A stretch of DNA of 60,740 nt from Octopus bimaculoides (taxonomy: Eukaryota), in contig NC_068999.1 in the NCBI RefSeq assembly GCF_001194135.2, positions 48,117,117-48,177,856 of the forward strand. Reading direction: 5' to 3'. Under the pieces are notes generated by a model. That model did no database searches, was not told the DNA's origin, and saw nothing but the letters and a program-made list of their open reading frames with translations. The number at the start of each line of letters is the position of its first letter. Position 1 is the first letter of the stretch. The translations under genes and the position numbers were made by a program. This document shows, one piece after another, positions 39,351 through 53,621 of this stretch.

Positions 39351-40552
39351 CTCTCTTTATCTTTTTGTTTTCATATATTTACATATATATATATATATAT
39401 ACACATATATATAAATGTCCTTATTTAAACTTAGTAATATGGTAAAATCACATGAAAATAAAATAAAAATAAAAACAAATATTTTGTTTACAAAATAGCC
39501 TTTTACAAGCAAAGCAGTAGAACAGCTAGTGAGAGAGAGAGAGAGTAGTATCAGTGAAGGGAAAGGAGAGAAAAAAGTAATTCAGTGAAGGGGAGGCAGA
39601 GAGAGTAATAGCCATGACTGAGAGTGTGAGAGAAAGTAATGGCCGTTTGAGAAAGAAGAACGTGGAGTGTGTCTTTTGTTGTCAATTTATGAATGAGAAA
39701 GGAAGGGGCGAATAAAGTAAAAGACAGCCATTCAACTCTGTGTGAGTATATGTGTATATACGTGTGTATGAAAAAGGGAGGTATGTGAATGTTTGTGTGT
39801 GTGTGTGCGTGTACATGTCTGTGTGTCTGTGTGTGGGAGTGTGTGGGAATGGGTGCATGCGTAATGGTAACATACAACTCTGAAGATAAAAACTGAGATC
39901 ATTCCAATTTCGTTTGAGTATTTGCATGTGTATGATAACCTTTTATCACATAATTATATTTAAATTTGTGAACATTAATATCTGGAATTATAATTCTAAG
40001 TTAGTCTATAAGATGAATAATTTAGGTTATTCTAATTTAGTTTTGGACAAGAGTAATATTATTTGGTTTGTTATTCCCTATGCCAGCCAATTAAAAAGTA
40101 ATTTAATTGGGGTGGTGTATAAATTGTTTTTAAAGCACTTCAATAAAAATAAGTAGATATGAGATTTTGAATCCAAGAGCCATTAAAGTTGCTTTTTTGG
40201 TCTCTAGGAATCTATCTCAGAGTATTTCTTCTCTTAATGAAAAGAAATTATCCAGTTTTTATCTTCGAGATAAATACTTAGTTAATACTAGCGAGAAAGG
40301 CAAAGTCCCAGAGGATTTTTGCCTTCTCCTTTTTCTCCATTACCTTGTCCAGTGTATGTTGGTACCAAGCATTATCTCATATCCATACTTACAGCATAAT
40401 AGCCAGTGGAGGTTTTGGGCTACCTTCTTGTGTCTACACTTGTACTCTTTCTGTGCAGGTGAACTGGCAGAAGCATTAGCAGCGTTTCGTGTCTTTACAT
40501 TCTGAGTTCAAATTCTACTGTTATCATAACCAAAGGAGGGCTAATTTTATAC

Positions 40553-40612
<60 letters not shown>

Positions 40613-40806
40613 ACGTATGTATGTATGTGTTTGTGTGTCTGTGTTTGTCCCCCTACCATCGCTTGACAACCAATGCTGGTGTGTTTATGTCCCCATAATA
40701 TTTTGTGGTTCAGTGAAAGAGATCAATAGAATGAGTACTAGACTTAGAAAGAATAAGTCCTGGGAATTGATTTCATCCACTAAAACCACAAGTAAACAAA
40801 TATATT

Positions 40807-40929
40807 AATTAATGTAGATTTACCTTGCATTCAATATTTCGGGGTTATGATCCCATCTTCAGGAAATTACCGAATGTTGCAGGCACTGCAACCCTGAAAT
40901 GATGAATGCAAGGTAAGTCTACATTAATT
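40807..40929. repeat. 123-bp hairpin/MITE-like inverted repeat
   Basis: 39-bp arms with 4 mismatches. Confidence 0.7.
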
Positions 40930-41026
40930 CATATGCTTGTTTTCTTGTGATTTGCCTTGCATTGTTCTGGCCTTACCCATGATCCTTTATACAATATATA
41001 CATGCGTGTGTGTGTTTGTGTGTGTA

Positions 41027-41057
<31 letters not shown>

Positions 41058-41843
41058 TCATCATCATCATCATCATCATCATCGTTTAACGTCTGCTTTC
41101 CATGCTAGCATGGGTTGGACGATTTGACCGAGGACTGGTGAATCCGGATGGCAACACCAGGCTCTAATCTAATTTGGCAGAGTTTCTACAGCTGGATGCC
41201 CTTCCTAACGCCAACCACTCAGAGAGTGTAGTGGGTGCTTTTACGTGTCACCCGCACGAGGGCCAGTCAGGCGGTACTGGCAACGGCCACGCTCAAAATG
41301 GTGTCTTTTATGTGCCACTCCCGAGCAGCGCCGGGTGCCTCTGCTAGTATATATATATATATATAGAGAGAGATATACATAGTGAAATAAATATCGGGAG
41401 AGACACAGACAGATTAAAACAGAGAGGGAGTGAAATTGAATGAGAGAGAGGGGGTTATTCAAAGCACGAGGAGTTTTAGGGATTTCTATCATTTGTACAC
41501 AGTAAATATAGAATGGAGGCCAGCTACTTCTAAGACAAGTTTTAGCTTTAAAGTGACTGTGCGAGGAAATACAACTGAAAACATATATATATATATATAT
41601 TATTTTGCTTAAAAGAGTTCCAACACTGTCTGTTTTTTATGTTTTATTTATATTCCTGCAGAACTAATGTGGGGTATAGAATATGGAATATACAATATAT
41701 AATATAATATACAATATATAATATAAAATAAAATAAAAATGGATGGCACCATGAAATAAAGTATTGAATGTAGATGAAATATTGAGTGTTCAATATAAAG
41801 GATCAAATATATAAATATATAAATATAAATATATATATATAAA

Positions 41844-41882
41844 GGCGACTCGAGTTTCAGGGCTATTTCCCTTCGTCATGGC
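41844..41882 (-). ncRNA. Hammerhead-like fold at a gap edge (core with a 1-nt insertion)
   Basis: Minus strand: gc-C(A)TGACGA-AGGG/CCCT-GAAA-palindrome ACTCGAGT-GUC-gcc. Confidence 0.5.
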
Positions 41883-42123
41883 NNNNNNNNNNNNNNNNNN
41901 NNNNNNNNNNNNNNNNNNNNNNNNNNNNNNNNNNNNNNNNNNNNNNNNNNNNNNNNNNNNNNNNNNNNNNNNNNNNNNNNNNNNNNNNNNNNNNNNNNNN
42001 NNNNNNNNNNNNNNNNNNNNNNNNNNNNNNNNNNNNNNNNNNNNNNNNNNNNNNNNNNNNNNNNNNNNNNNNNTCTTCCGATCTTATATATATATATTTA
42101 TAAAAATTTTCCATTTCTTGCAG

Positions 42124-42215
42124 CTCCATCTTCACCACCATCAACAACAGATGGCAATTATTTTGATTTGAAGTGTTCTAATACCAGCAAAAGATGTCTC
42201 AGTGTGTTCTGGCAG
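42124..42215 (+). CDS. Receptor exon 8: third FN3, N-half (APSSPP...KRCLSVFWQ)
   Basis: tttcttgcag acceptor, CAG|GTAATA donor, phase 1-0. Confidence 0.9.
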
Positions 42216-43653
42216 GTAATATCCATGTTTCCTTTTGTATTTTATGTATTTATATATCTATGCTGTTTAACCTTCGGTCAAACCTAGTTGGACTGAACAA
42301 CTTTCAAAGCCCGACAAATCATGGCAATAAGCACGTGTGGTTAAGAAGCTTTGCAACCACATGGTTTTGGATTTTGATTCTTCATCAATAGCCTCAGGAT
42401 AACCAATGACTTATGAGTGTATCTAGTTGATGGAAACAGTGAGGAAGCCTGTCATGTGTGTGCCTGTGTGTATCTATCTCTGTGTGTGTGTATGAGTGTG
42501 TGTGCACGTGCATGTGTGTGTGTCTTTGTGGGTTTTTCTTCCACCACTTGACAATGGACGATGGTTTGTTTACATTCTTATAATTTAGCAGTTCAGCAAA
42601 ATACACCATAATAAGCACCAGACGTAAAAATATGTTCTGTGGTCAATTTCTTCAAAGAAACCCTTTAAGGTGGTGCTACAGCATGGTCACACTTCAATGA
42701 CTGAAACAAGTGAAAGAATAAAAAGAAGCTTCTCTTTACAGCAGATGTTTGCAGCTGCTTTATCTAACATCCCCTTCCCTTTTTGAGTACTCTTCAAGGA
42801 TCATAAAAAGGAACGACAAAATTGCTGTAGGGAGCAGAGTATCCAATGTTTTGGATAGAGTGCTTCTTCAGGGTCAAGAAAGGAAGAGGGAAAAGAAAGG
42901 ATGTTGAGAAGAAAATCGGAGGAAAAGGAAAGGCAGTAGAGTGCTACATTCTGTATGTTTCAGCAACTGGCTGCAACTGATGAGGAACACAAAACAATGT
43001 GAACTTGTATATGTAGACAGGCAGACAACAACCAGTTTCTTTGGATTTAGTTTTATTTCTTATTTAAGAGAGATTTTTTCTTTTACTGTTTCTTGCTAAT
43101 CGCTCTTGTTCTTGAGCTTTTCATGGTTATTAGTCAATTATATAACCGGTTAACCAATTGACTAATCAATATGTCTGATTAACCATTCGATCAACCATTC
43201 AGTTAGATAGGTTTATCAAAGCCCTTTGTCATCATTTGCAACCTCATTAGTGCTGTACCTGCTCATACTCCAGATCTACTTCAGGTCTGTTGCCTTGTTA
43301 ACAGCTTCTTTATTCATATTTATATGAACGTGAATGAGAATATATATGAGCAAGAGNNNNNNNNNNGGGGGGGGGGGCAGGGAGAGACAAAACAAGAGAG
43401 ATAGTATGTGTTTGTGTGGCTGATTGATTGATTGACCAGACAATTAATCAAACAATTAATTACTTAAATGGTTAAATGGTTAACTATATTTAAAATTAAT
43501 TGAAAGAAACACAGAGCATCTCAAAATAAATAGGGTAGTGAAAGGGTTAAGGTGCTTCTCCAGCATAGCCACAGTCAAATGACTGAAGTCAAATGATAAA
43601 GAATAAAATAAAAAAACATATTGACTGTTTGTTAATGTTTGTCTTTTTCACAG

Positions 43654-43891
43654 AGTTTACCTGTGGAATTCAGGAATGATATTCTAACAGGATACTGTGT
43701 CCAATACATTGATGGAAGTTCATCAACTAATAACACTGAACAATGCCTGGATTCAAACAATTTAATAGTTGACTCTTTATATAAAGATTTTCAAGATCTT
43801 CCAAGGAACCAAACACTTACATTTTCCATTGTGGCAGTAACCAAAAGTAAAAGAATGTCTCAACCTGCATTTATACAGGTGAAAAACACAG
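43654..43891 (+). CDS. Receptor exon 9: third FN3, C-half (SLPVEFRNDILTGYCVQY...FSIVAVTKSKRMSQP...KNT)
   Basis: ctttttcacag acceptor, G|GTAAAT donor, phase 0-1; N(G/D)-I-x-GY FN3 motif. Confidence 0.9.
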
Positions 43892-44107
43892 GTAAATACA
43901 TCTTCCAGTTTTATTTTTATTTAGAAGATTTTTAGAATCATTTGATTAGTTTTTGAAATGTATAAATGATAACTATTGAGGCATCTGTACTTCTCTTCTG
44001 TTGATTCATTTTCTGTTGATAGATGTCCTTAGAATGTTAAGAGAATCCTCATCATCATCTTCATCACCATCATCATCATCATCACCATGCAATGTCCATT
44101 GTCCATC

Positions 44108-44462
44108 GAGGGTTCCAGTTGATCCAATCAACGGAACAGCCTGCTCGTGAAATTAACGTGCAAGTGGCTGAGCACTCCACAGACACATGTACCCTTAACG
44201 TAGTTCTCGGGGATATTCAGCGTGACACAGTGTGACAAGGCTTACCCTTTCAATTACAGGCACAACAGAAACAGGAAGTAAGAGTGAGAGAAAGTTGTGG
44301 TGAAAGAGTACAGCAGGGTTCGCCACTATCCCCTGCCAGAGCCTCATGGAGCCTTAGGTGTTTTCGCTCAATAAACACTCACAAAGCCCCGTCTGGGAAT
44401 CGAAACCGCAATCCTATGACCGCGAGTCTGCTGCCCTAACCACTGGGCCATTGCGCCTCCAC
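44108..44462 (-). mobile_element. SINE family B copy
   Basis: Reverse complement of 58315-58706. Confidence 0.9.
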
Positions 44463-44620
44463 ACAGTCAAGTGTAATATTCGGAAAATCATCAAGCAATT
44501 AAAGTATTCTTTTTAATTAATTCATAATTATATATATAACTTTCATACTCATGTATACAAAAGTGAGATAATGTAAAACAACTTTTAAACATTCAGATTT
44601 TTTTTTTTCCTTTTTTCTAG

Positions 44621-44772
44621 CCCCAAGGAAGCCTACAGCAGTTTATGTGATGAGAATAAGTGCTGAAATATACAACATAACTTGGACAACTGAACAACCC
44701 CAGGAAAGTGTTAATGTAACTGTGTTTTGGTGCCAGAATAAGATAATTGTCTCTTCTGAAATAGAATGCAAA
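44621..44772 (+). CDS. Receptor exon 10: fourth FN3, N-half (APRKP...YNITW...TVFWC...ECK)
   Basis: Poly-T and ctag acceptor, AAA|GTAAGT donor, phase 1-0; FWC...C pattern as in gp130/Dome-type FN3. Confidence 0.9.
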
Positions 44773-46557
44773 GTAAGTAAATTCTATAAACATGTGCAAA
44801 TTCATTGTCGGCGTCATCGTCATCATCATCATCATCATTTAATGTCTGCTTTCTATGCTGGCATGAGTTAGATGGTTTGATAGGAGCTGACTAGGCAGAA
44901 GACTGCACCATGTTTCACTGTCTGTTTTGGCATGGTTTTACTGCTGGATGTCCTTCTTAACACCAATCTCTCCACAGAGTGGATTGAGTGCTTTTTACAT
45001 GGCACCAGCACAGGTGAGACCAGTTTTAGCATGGTTTTCTTTTTACAGTTGGATGCCCTTCCAAATGCTAACCACTTTACAGTGTGGACTGGTAGTTTTT
45101 TACATGGTACCAGCACATGGTGCATGAAGATTGTAGCTAAAAACAAAAAAAAACAAAAAACTGAACAGGACAACTATAAAAAAAGTTTTAAAAATTTTGA
45201 TTGATATTTAAATAAAATAATAAAGTAATAAATAATTAAATAAATAAAAACACCCAAAAGATAGAGAAAGAGAAATAGTAAAAGAAAAGAAACCATGGTA
45301 AGAAAAGAGAATATGATTGTATGTATATGTATGTGTTATTATCTCCTTATCTTGACTTCATGGTACAGTTGTAAACAAGTGTCACCATCACGAAAGTGGT
45401 ATCCTTTATTTCCAATCTTCCATGAAAACATGTCTGGTCACTGGGAAATATTAACTCGCTTGGAAGCAGGTGAGGGTTGGTGACAGGAAGGGCGTCCAGC
45501 CATAGAAAAATTTGTCTCAACAAGTTCCATCCAACCTATGTGACCATGGAAAAGGGGACATTAAAATCATGATGAGGATCTATTTTCAAGATGGAATGAT
45601 AAAATCTGAAGGAGATTTAGTTGCCATTTATAGAAGGTTGAAGCTTCTTTGTTTTGCCATGGCCACCCCAAGGAATTTACAAGCACACAGAGACAGACTG
45701 AACAGTGGAGCATGTTTGGCATGTCTGGACTTTCAGACTGCATCTCATATGGGTCATCAGTCTATTCTGAAATGTGTAATATGTGTCTCAATTAAGTAGA
45801 GACTTGCTATAAATGCAACAAAAGATCAGTGAATCTAGGTCAAACCTCTTTGTATGAACAACTGTCTTGTGTTCCCTAGGAGTGCTGGAACAAAGCCGAC
45901 TTAGTTGGAGCATAGTAGGGTGGCATGGGGAAAGGCTATACAATAGCAATACAATATCAATAAATATAAACGATACATAAAAAAAAACAAAGAAAGGAAA
46001 TATTCCTATTTAAGCAAAACAAGAGTATCAGTATCAGCAGATACTTATGCGGTCAAACAGACAAAATAAAAGCTTGTCCACCATTTGCAAATGAATATAA
46101 TCTGGTTGGTTAGGGTGGCAAGTTGGCAGAATTGTTAACATGTTAATAGAAGGTTTTAATTAACATAATTCTAAAACAGGAAGTTTGTGTTAGAATAAAG
46201 GGCAGCATCAGATGTGTTCATATCAAATGTGTTGTGTGTGTGTGTGTGTGAATGATGGGTTTCCAGATAATATCTATCTTCCATATTCACTCACCTGGTG
46301 TTGGTCAGGTCAGGTCTATAGTAGAAGACACTTACCCAAAGTACCAAGTAGTGGGACTGGACTAAAAGCCACATGGCTGTAAAGTGAGATTCTTAATCAC
46401 ACAGCCATGCCTGTGTCTTCATGATTAACGCCAAAAAGAAAAAAAAGATTCTTTGAGAGCTGTGCCCCAGCATACCTACAGCACATAATAATAAAAGAAT
46501 ATATATATACGTTTATACAAGCATATTTTACAATTAATTTTTCTTGATTGCTTCTAG

Positions 46558-46708
46558 GACTATGTCAAATGGAAAACACTTGTGAATGAAAGTTATCTGT
46601 TGGTAAATTACAGTGCAGAACAAAGTCCTGTTTTTGCTGCATACGTTAGCACAGAAAAAGGAAGCAGTTCTTTAACAAACGCTGAATGTATATTTACACC
46701 AGGAAAAC
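46558..46708 (+). CDS. Receptor exon 11: fourth FN3, C-half (DYVKWKTL...AYVSTEKGSSSLTNAECIFTPGK)
   Basis: cttctag acceptor, C|GTAAAT donor, phase 0-1. Confidence 0.9.
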
Positions 46709-48199
46709 GTAAATTTAATTTATCTCAATTTATTATTATCACTAGTGTGTATCCCATTGTTTTATACCCAGAATAACTAATATGAAGTCTCTGATAGAGT
46801 TCATGGTGTCCCCTCAGCATCTGCTTACCAAAGTCATTGCTTTTTACCTTGAAATGGTGTACGTCTCCTATTATGCTGCTGCTACTGCTGTATTGCAGGT
46901 GGTTTTTGTGAAATTACATGTTGTTGGTACATGACAAATTGTTCAACCATGAAATGACTTTCTTAAAAATGATTGTAAGAAAGTAAATCATTCACCTGTT
47001 TTCCTAAAACAATGGAATGGAAGAAACTGAGGTGGATAGATATTTCCTGAGTCTAAGTTGCTGGTGTATTTGGGCAAGAGAGATTGATACAAAAAAAAAA
47101 GATGTGATACACAGATAGATAGACAGAAAGATAGATAGATAGACAGATAGACAGAGAGAGAGAGAGGTAGTTGACTGGCTCACTGGCTAAATAGATAGAT
47201 GCATACATATATATACACACATACACACACACTGATAAACATAAATATATGCATACGACATACTCCATGACTTGCTGATTGGGAATCCCCCCCCCTCCTT
47301 TACAGCATATTTACGTTGGCGCAATACTGTTTATGGTTTTTTTTACTGCTTTTTATTCTTTTTTCTTTGTCCTACTTTTTGCTTTTTGCTTGTGGATATA
47401 CAATTCGGCCACTCCACCCAATATCGTTAGATTTGTAAGAGAAAATAGCTTAGTTGGTTCACATTTCAAGCCTGTCCAACTTGACAGCAACCAGATACAA
47501 ATTATCAGTACTTGACAGCAGTAAGTCTACTGTTACACATACACAACACACACATACACAACACATACAACATGACACACACACACACACACATGCAGCC
47601 ATACACACATACTCACAACCTCATACAGATACACACACATGTTGTCTCTTACATACTCACAATTACACATGCATGCATACATACACTGATGCACAGTCAC
47701 ACACACATACAAAACACGTACGCACATGCACACGTATGCAGCCACACACATACTCACAACCTCATACACACGCTCACAATCACACACACACACACATATG
47801 TTTTCTTCAAGCTGTTTATGAGTTGAATTTAAATTCCACCAAGACTAACTTTAACTTCCATCTTCTCAAAGTTTAAGAACAGAAATATCAGTTGAGCACC
47901 GGTGTCAATATAATCAACTTACACTCTCCCTGCTCAAAATTGCTGGCCTTGTGTTATTGTTTGTGAAATTGTGCACCCAGAACAATGAAACCGTTCTGCA
48001 CACCCTAGTCCAGTACCTGAGTATTGTTGACCTGTGGGTTTATGTCAAACACCTGCTGTTGTGTGTAGAACAAATCAGCTGAATCCATTGTGAAGATTGC
48101 TCTGCCACCTTCTTTTGGCTGGGAAGGGGCAGGCAATTTTTATTTGTTTAGTGGCTGCAGTGAAAGAAGTTGTGTGTCATGAAAGAAGTGTTGTGAGTT

Positions 48200-49260
<1,061 letters not shown>

Positions 49261-49786
49261 AAATCCTGACGTCAATCTTCAGTACTTCATCCCCTGTCTT
49301 CCTGGGTCTCCCACTTCCATGTATTCCTCCCACCTTGAGAGACTAGAACCAAAATTATCCCAAGTGTCACCACCCACTTTTCTTTTAGACAGAATATAAC
49401 TACGACTATATCATTAAACATGTCCTGTTTTGGGGTATTTTTTCTTTTTAATGTTAATATCTGAGCTGAGGGAGGTTTGGTAGATTTTCCTATTAGGCTG
49501 AGTGAAAAGTTTAACATAACACTTAACTAGCACCAGTGTTATTATTTAATAAACAAATGTCATTATTTAACAAGTACAAACTCAATGCACAGCAAAGTAA
49601 TTACAAACTTCTGAAGTCAAGGAGAACTCTTAGCATTTTTGAGTTGTGATTGTAAGTGGTTAATGAGAAAATAGAAATAAAAGATGTGATATTCCTGTCA
49701 CTCATAAAGATATTCTGTGACTGGTAAAAAAAATATAAGGAAATGGTAAAATGTTTTCCTTTTCTCTTTTTAAAAATCCTTTATAG

Positions 49787-49951
49787 CTACGAAGAAAGAA
49801 TTTCCAGTGATTGGAATAAAAGCAGCTGAAAATGATGTTGTCATCAATGGCCTATCACCAGGCACGGAATATTCAGTATGTATACAAGTGAAGACAAAGC
49901 ATGGACTAAGTCTAATGAGTGACACCATAACAGGAGTAACTAAAGACACAG
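49787..49951 (+). CDS. Receptor exon 13: fifth FN3, C-half (INGLSPGTEYSVCIQVKTKHG...TKDT)
   Basis: Pyrimidine tract and tatag acceptor, G|GTAAAG donor, phase 1-1; GLxPxTxY motif. Confidence 0.92.
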
Positions 49952-49982
49952 GTAAAGAGAATACTTTATGGAATCATCTAGA

Positions 49983-50440
49983 ATCATCATCATCATCATC
50001 GTCATTTAACGTCCGCTTTTCATGCTAGCATGGGTTGGACAATTTGACTGGGGACTGGCGAACCAGATGGCTACACCAGGCTCCAATCTGACCTGGCAGA
50101 GTTTCTACAGCTGGATGCCCTTCCTAACGCCAACCACTCCGAGAGTGTAGTGGGTGCTTTTTACATGCCCACCAGCACGAGAGCCAGTCCAGTGGTACTG
50201 GCAACGGCCACGCTCAAAATGGTGTTTTTTACGTGCCACCTGCACAGGAGTCAGTCCAATGTTTTGTTCACATGCCACCGGCACGAGTGCCAGTAAGGCG
50301 AAGCTGGAAGCGATCGCGCTCAAATGGTGCTTTTTACGTGCCACCGGCACGGAAGTGAGACCGCTGCTCTGGCAGTGATCCCGCTCGGTTGGTGCCGTTA
50401 GTGCTCCACTGGCACAGGTGCCAGTCATCGAATTTGGTTC
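49983..50440 (-). mobile_element. RTE 3'-tail repeat with internal tandem GTGCCACC-type units
   Basis: catgctagcatgggttggac, ggatgcccttcctaacgccaaccactc; sister copy at 41055-41335. Confidence 0.75.
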
Positions 50441-50670
50441 AGTTTCGATCTCACTTGCCCCAACAGGTCTTCGCAAGCTGAGTTTAGTGTCCAATGAAGG
50501 AAGGTTGGCATGGGTGCCAGTCAACGAATTTGGTTCAATTTTGGTCATCATGATGGTGGCGGTGGTAGTGGTGATGATGATGATGATGATAGTGATGTTG
50601 ATGATGATGATAATGATGATGATGATAACAACAGTGCATATAAAAAATACTGCTTATTTTTTTTTTATAG

Positions 50671-50758
50671 AATTTGTAATACTGGTTGCAATAATTGTGC
50701 CTATATCAGTGTTTGTAATACTAGCAATACTACTATGCGTAAAACAATATTATTCTAG
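50671..50758 (+). CDS. Receptor exon 14: transmembrane helix (EFVILVAIIVPISVFVILAILLCVKQYYS)
   Basis: Poly-T and atag acceptor, AG|GTAAGT donor, phase 1-2; about 22 hydrophobic residues. Confidence 0.92.
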
Positions 50759-50978
50759 GTAAGTCATCTATCTTTGTTTCTTTTTCATGAACATGCTCAT
50801 AAAAACATAAATCTAGAACCATATATGGGGTATTTCATGATTCTTTCATGGCTTGCAAGAATCTTAATGTGAACTCATGTGTCGAAACCCATTTTCTTGT
50901 ATCTCAGGAGAGTCATTATGCCAGTAATAAACACACACACTGTTTTCATTTCACTTCTTCTTCTTATTATTCGATTTA

Positions 50979-51215
50979 AGGTGGCGAGCTAACAGAATTG
51001 TTAGCATGCCAAGCAAATGCTTAGCAGCATTTTGTTTGTCCTTAATGTTCTGAGTTCAAATCCCATCGAGGTCGAATTTACCTTTCATCCTTTTGGGATT
51101 GATAAATAAAGTACCAGTTGTGTTCTGGGGTTGATGTAATCAACTATACCCCTCCCACCAAATTTCAGGCCTTATGCCTATATTAGAAAGGATTATTATT
51201 ATTATTATTATTAAG
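50979..51215 (+). mobile_element. SINE family C, full length, with (ATT)n tail
   Basis: ggtggcgagctaacagaattgttagc head, Deu/Nin-like CCTTTCATCCTTTTGGG domain. Confidence 0.65.
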
Positions 51216-51952
51216 GTGGCAAGCTGCCAGAATCATTAGCATCCAGGACAAAATGCTTAGATGTATTTCATCTTTTGGAATGCATGACAAGCATATATTT
51301 TCTTATGGTTTTGCTTTTATTTCAACTGTAACTTTACTTAACTAGGTAGATGGTGCTGTGAGCTGATCTAGGTGCATACACACCATTTGTCAACAAGTGA
51401 GATATATTCTTCATAACAAAATGCAGGGATTAGCTTGTTCCCCAGTTCAAACGTGCATAATAACATTGCGATTTCATTTATCACTGTTTGGGCTCCCCAC
51501 TCCATAATTTACTTACACTTAATTCAGCTCATAGTGTTGTCTGCTTAGTGTCTGTGGTCACTGAGGAGATAACTGCTCCAAAAATGCTAGCATCTCACAG
51601 TCTAGGTAGGTGGTACTGCAAGCTAATCTAGGTGTATACACACCATTTGTTGACAAGCAAGATATATTCTCCATGACAAAACACAGTAAGTAGCTTGTTC
51701 CCCAGTTCAAACATGCATCAAGCAGATTCAGATTGATAATAACATTGCACTTATTTAACATGGAATTTTACACTAGAGTTTCCAAATGTACCTTGAGTTG
51801 GGAGGTGGGGAAGAAGCTCCATTATTTTAGATGCTGTTATACCATTATTTCCCAAGTTGACTATATTATTATGTGACATTTTTATGATTCCTTATCAAAA
51901 TTTTAATGCTACCCACTTTCTAAATGTTTGAATTTTTGTTGATATATTTCAG

Positions 51953-51989
51953 ATACAACAAATATAAGAAGCAAATTAGTATTGAATAT
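51953..51989 (+). CDS. Receptor exon 15: juxtamembrane cytoplasmic micro-exon (RYNKYKKQISIEY)
   Basis: tatatttcag acceptor, TAT|GTAAGA donor, 37 nt, phase 2-0, basic stop-transfer residues. Confidence 0.75.
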
Positions 51990-52378
51990 GTAAGAGTGGT
52001 AAATTTGTTTCTTATAATCATCATTATCATCAACATCAACATCATCATCATCGTTATTGTCGTCATCATCGTCGTCATCAACAGCATCATCATTTAATCT
52101 CTGTTCACCATGCTGGTATGGGTTGGCTGGTTTGATAGGAGCTGGTAAGCCAGAGAGTTGCATCGGGCTCCGATTGTCTTGTTTTGGGGTGGTTTCTACA
52201 GCTGGATGCCCTTCCTAATGCCAACCACTTTACACAATGTATTGGATGCTTTTTACATGACACCAGCACAACACCCTTTGCACACACACACATATAGATA
52301 TGCACACACATCGATTAGATGGGTATAAGACGTTTTGGCACAGTTGATTTGGAATTGTTGATTCAACATTGATATTGA

Positions 52379-52432
<54 letters not shown>

Positions 52433-52533
52433 AGTATATTTCTCTTTATGTGTATGAAAAGAAAGAAAGTTTTTGTCAATCATTTTCAATTAATAATTTG
52501 CAATCTCTCTTTCTTACCTGCACTTCCCCCCCC

Positions 52534-52581
<48 letters not shown>

Positions 52582-53621
52582 GCAAGGTGGTTGCTGTTAG
52601 GAAGAGCATCCAGCAGTAAAAACCCTGCCAAAACAGACACAGTTGCCGGGAGTAGTCTTCTACCTGGCCAGCTCCTGTCAAACAGTCTAATGTACGCCCT
52701 CTTGGAAGGTGGACGTTAAATAATGATGATAATGATGATGATGATGATGATACATAATATGGAATGCACGTATACAGTAATTAAGCATACACTGATCCCT
52801 AACATCTCTCTCTCTCTCTCTCACACTGCAAATCCAATCCATCACCGGAACTGTAAAAATCTGTAAAACTTTCCAGAAGTTTAGCATATAAATATATATG
52901 TGCATGTCTAGATATGCAACTATGTATGTAAGAATACATCCATAAAACAAAACATACAAATCTACACACATACGTGCGCGCAGTTAGGAACTGGCTCTTT
53001 CTCCATTGGCAAGAGAAATAAAACTAAATAACGGCATACATACATACATACAGTGGCAAACTGAGTCTAAAAATATTGGTTGCCAGGAGACGGGGTGGGA
53101 GGTGCACCCACAACTACAAAGTTATCATTTAATTTTTATAACCATGAGAGAAACCTAATTGGTAAAAAAAAAAAATGTAAATATTTTCGAACTTAAAGGT
53201 GCATGATTTAAAGGAGATTTGGTTGTTGTTTTTAGCACATTCCATGACCACCTTCCTCATTTCTTTGTCACTGTCACATGTATTGATGTTTTTCAATAAC
53301 TTTCTTCCCATAACCCCATTTAATGTGGTACATTACTGGGATTTAAGCAACAAAAAGAAGTTTAAATTTAAATCCGCCCTCNNNNNNNNNNNNNNNNNNN
53401 NNNNNNNNNNNNNNNNNNNNNNNNNNNNNNNNNNNNNNNNNNNNNNNNNNNNGTGTGAAAAAAATCTGAAATTTTCAATTTTTTTTTTTTTTAATGGCAT
53501 AAATGTGCTTATGGGGAGAAACATACATCAATACATGTGATGGGGACAAAGATGGTCATAGGATGTGCTAGAAATAACAGTTAAATCTCCTTTAAATCAC
53601 ACACCTTTTCATGTGAAAATA

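Noticed and set aside
41430-41612. ORF with an FN3-like look (YTVNIEWRP)
   Set aside because: It has no usable acceptor or donor, and exon 7 joins exon 8 cleanly without it.
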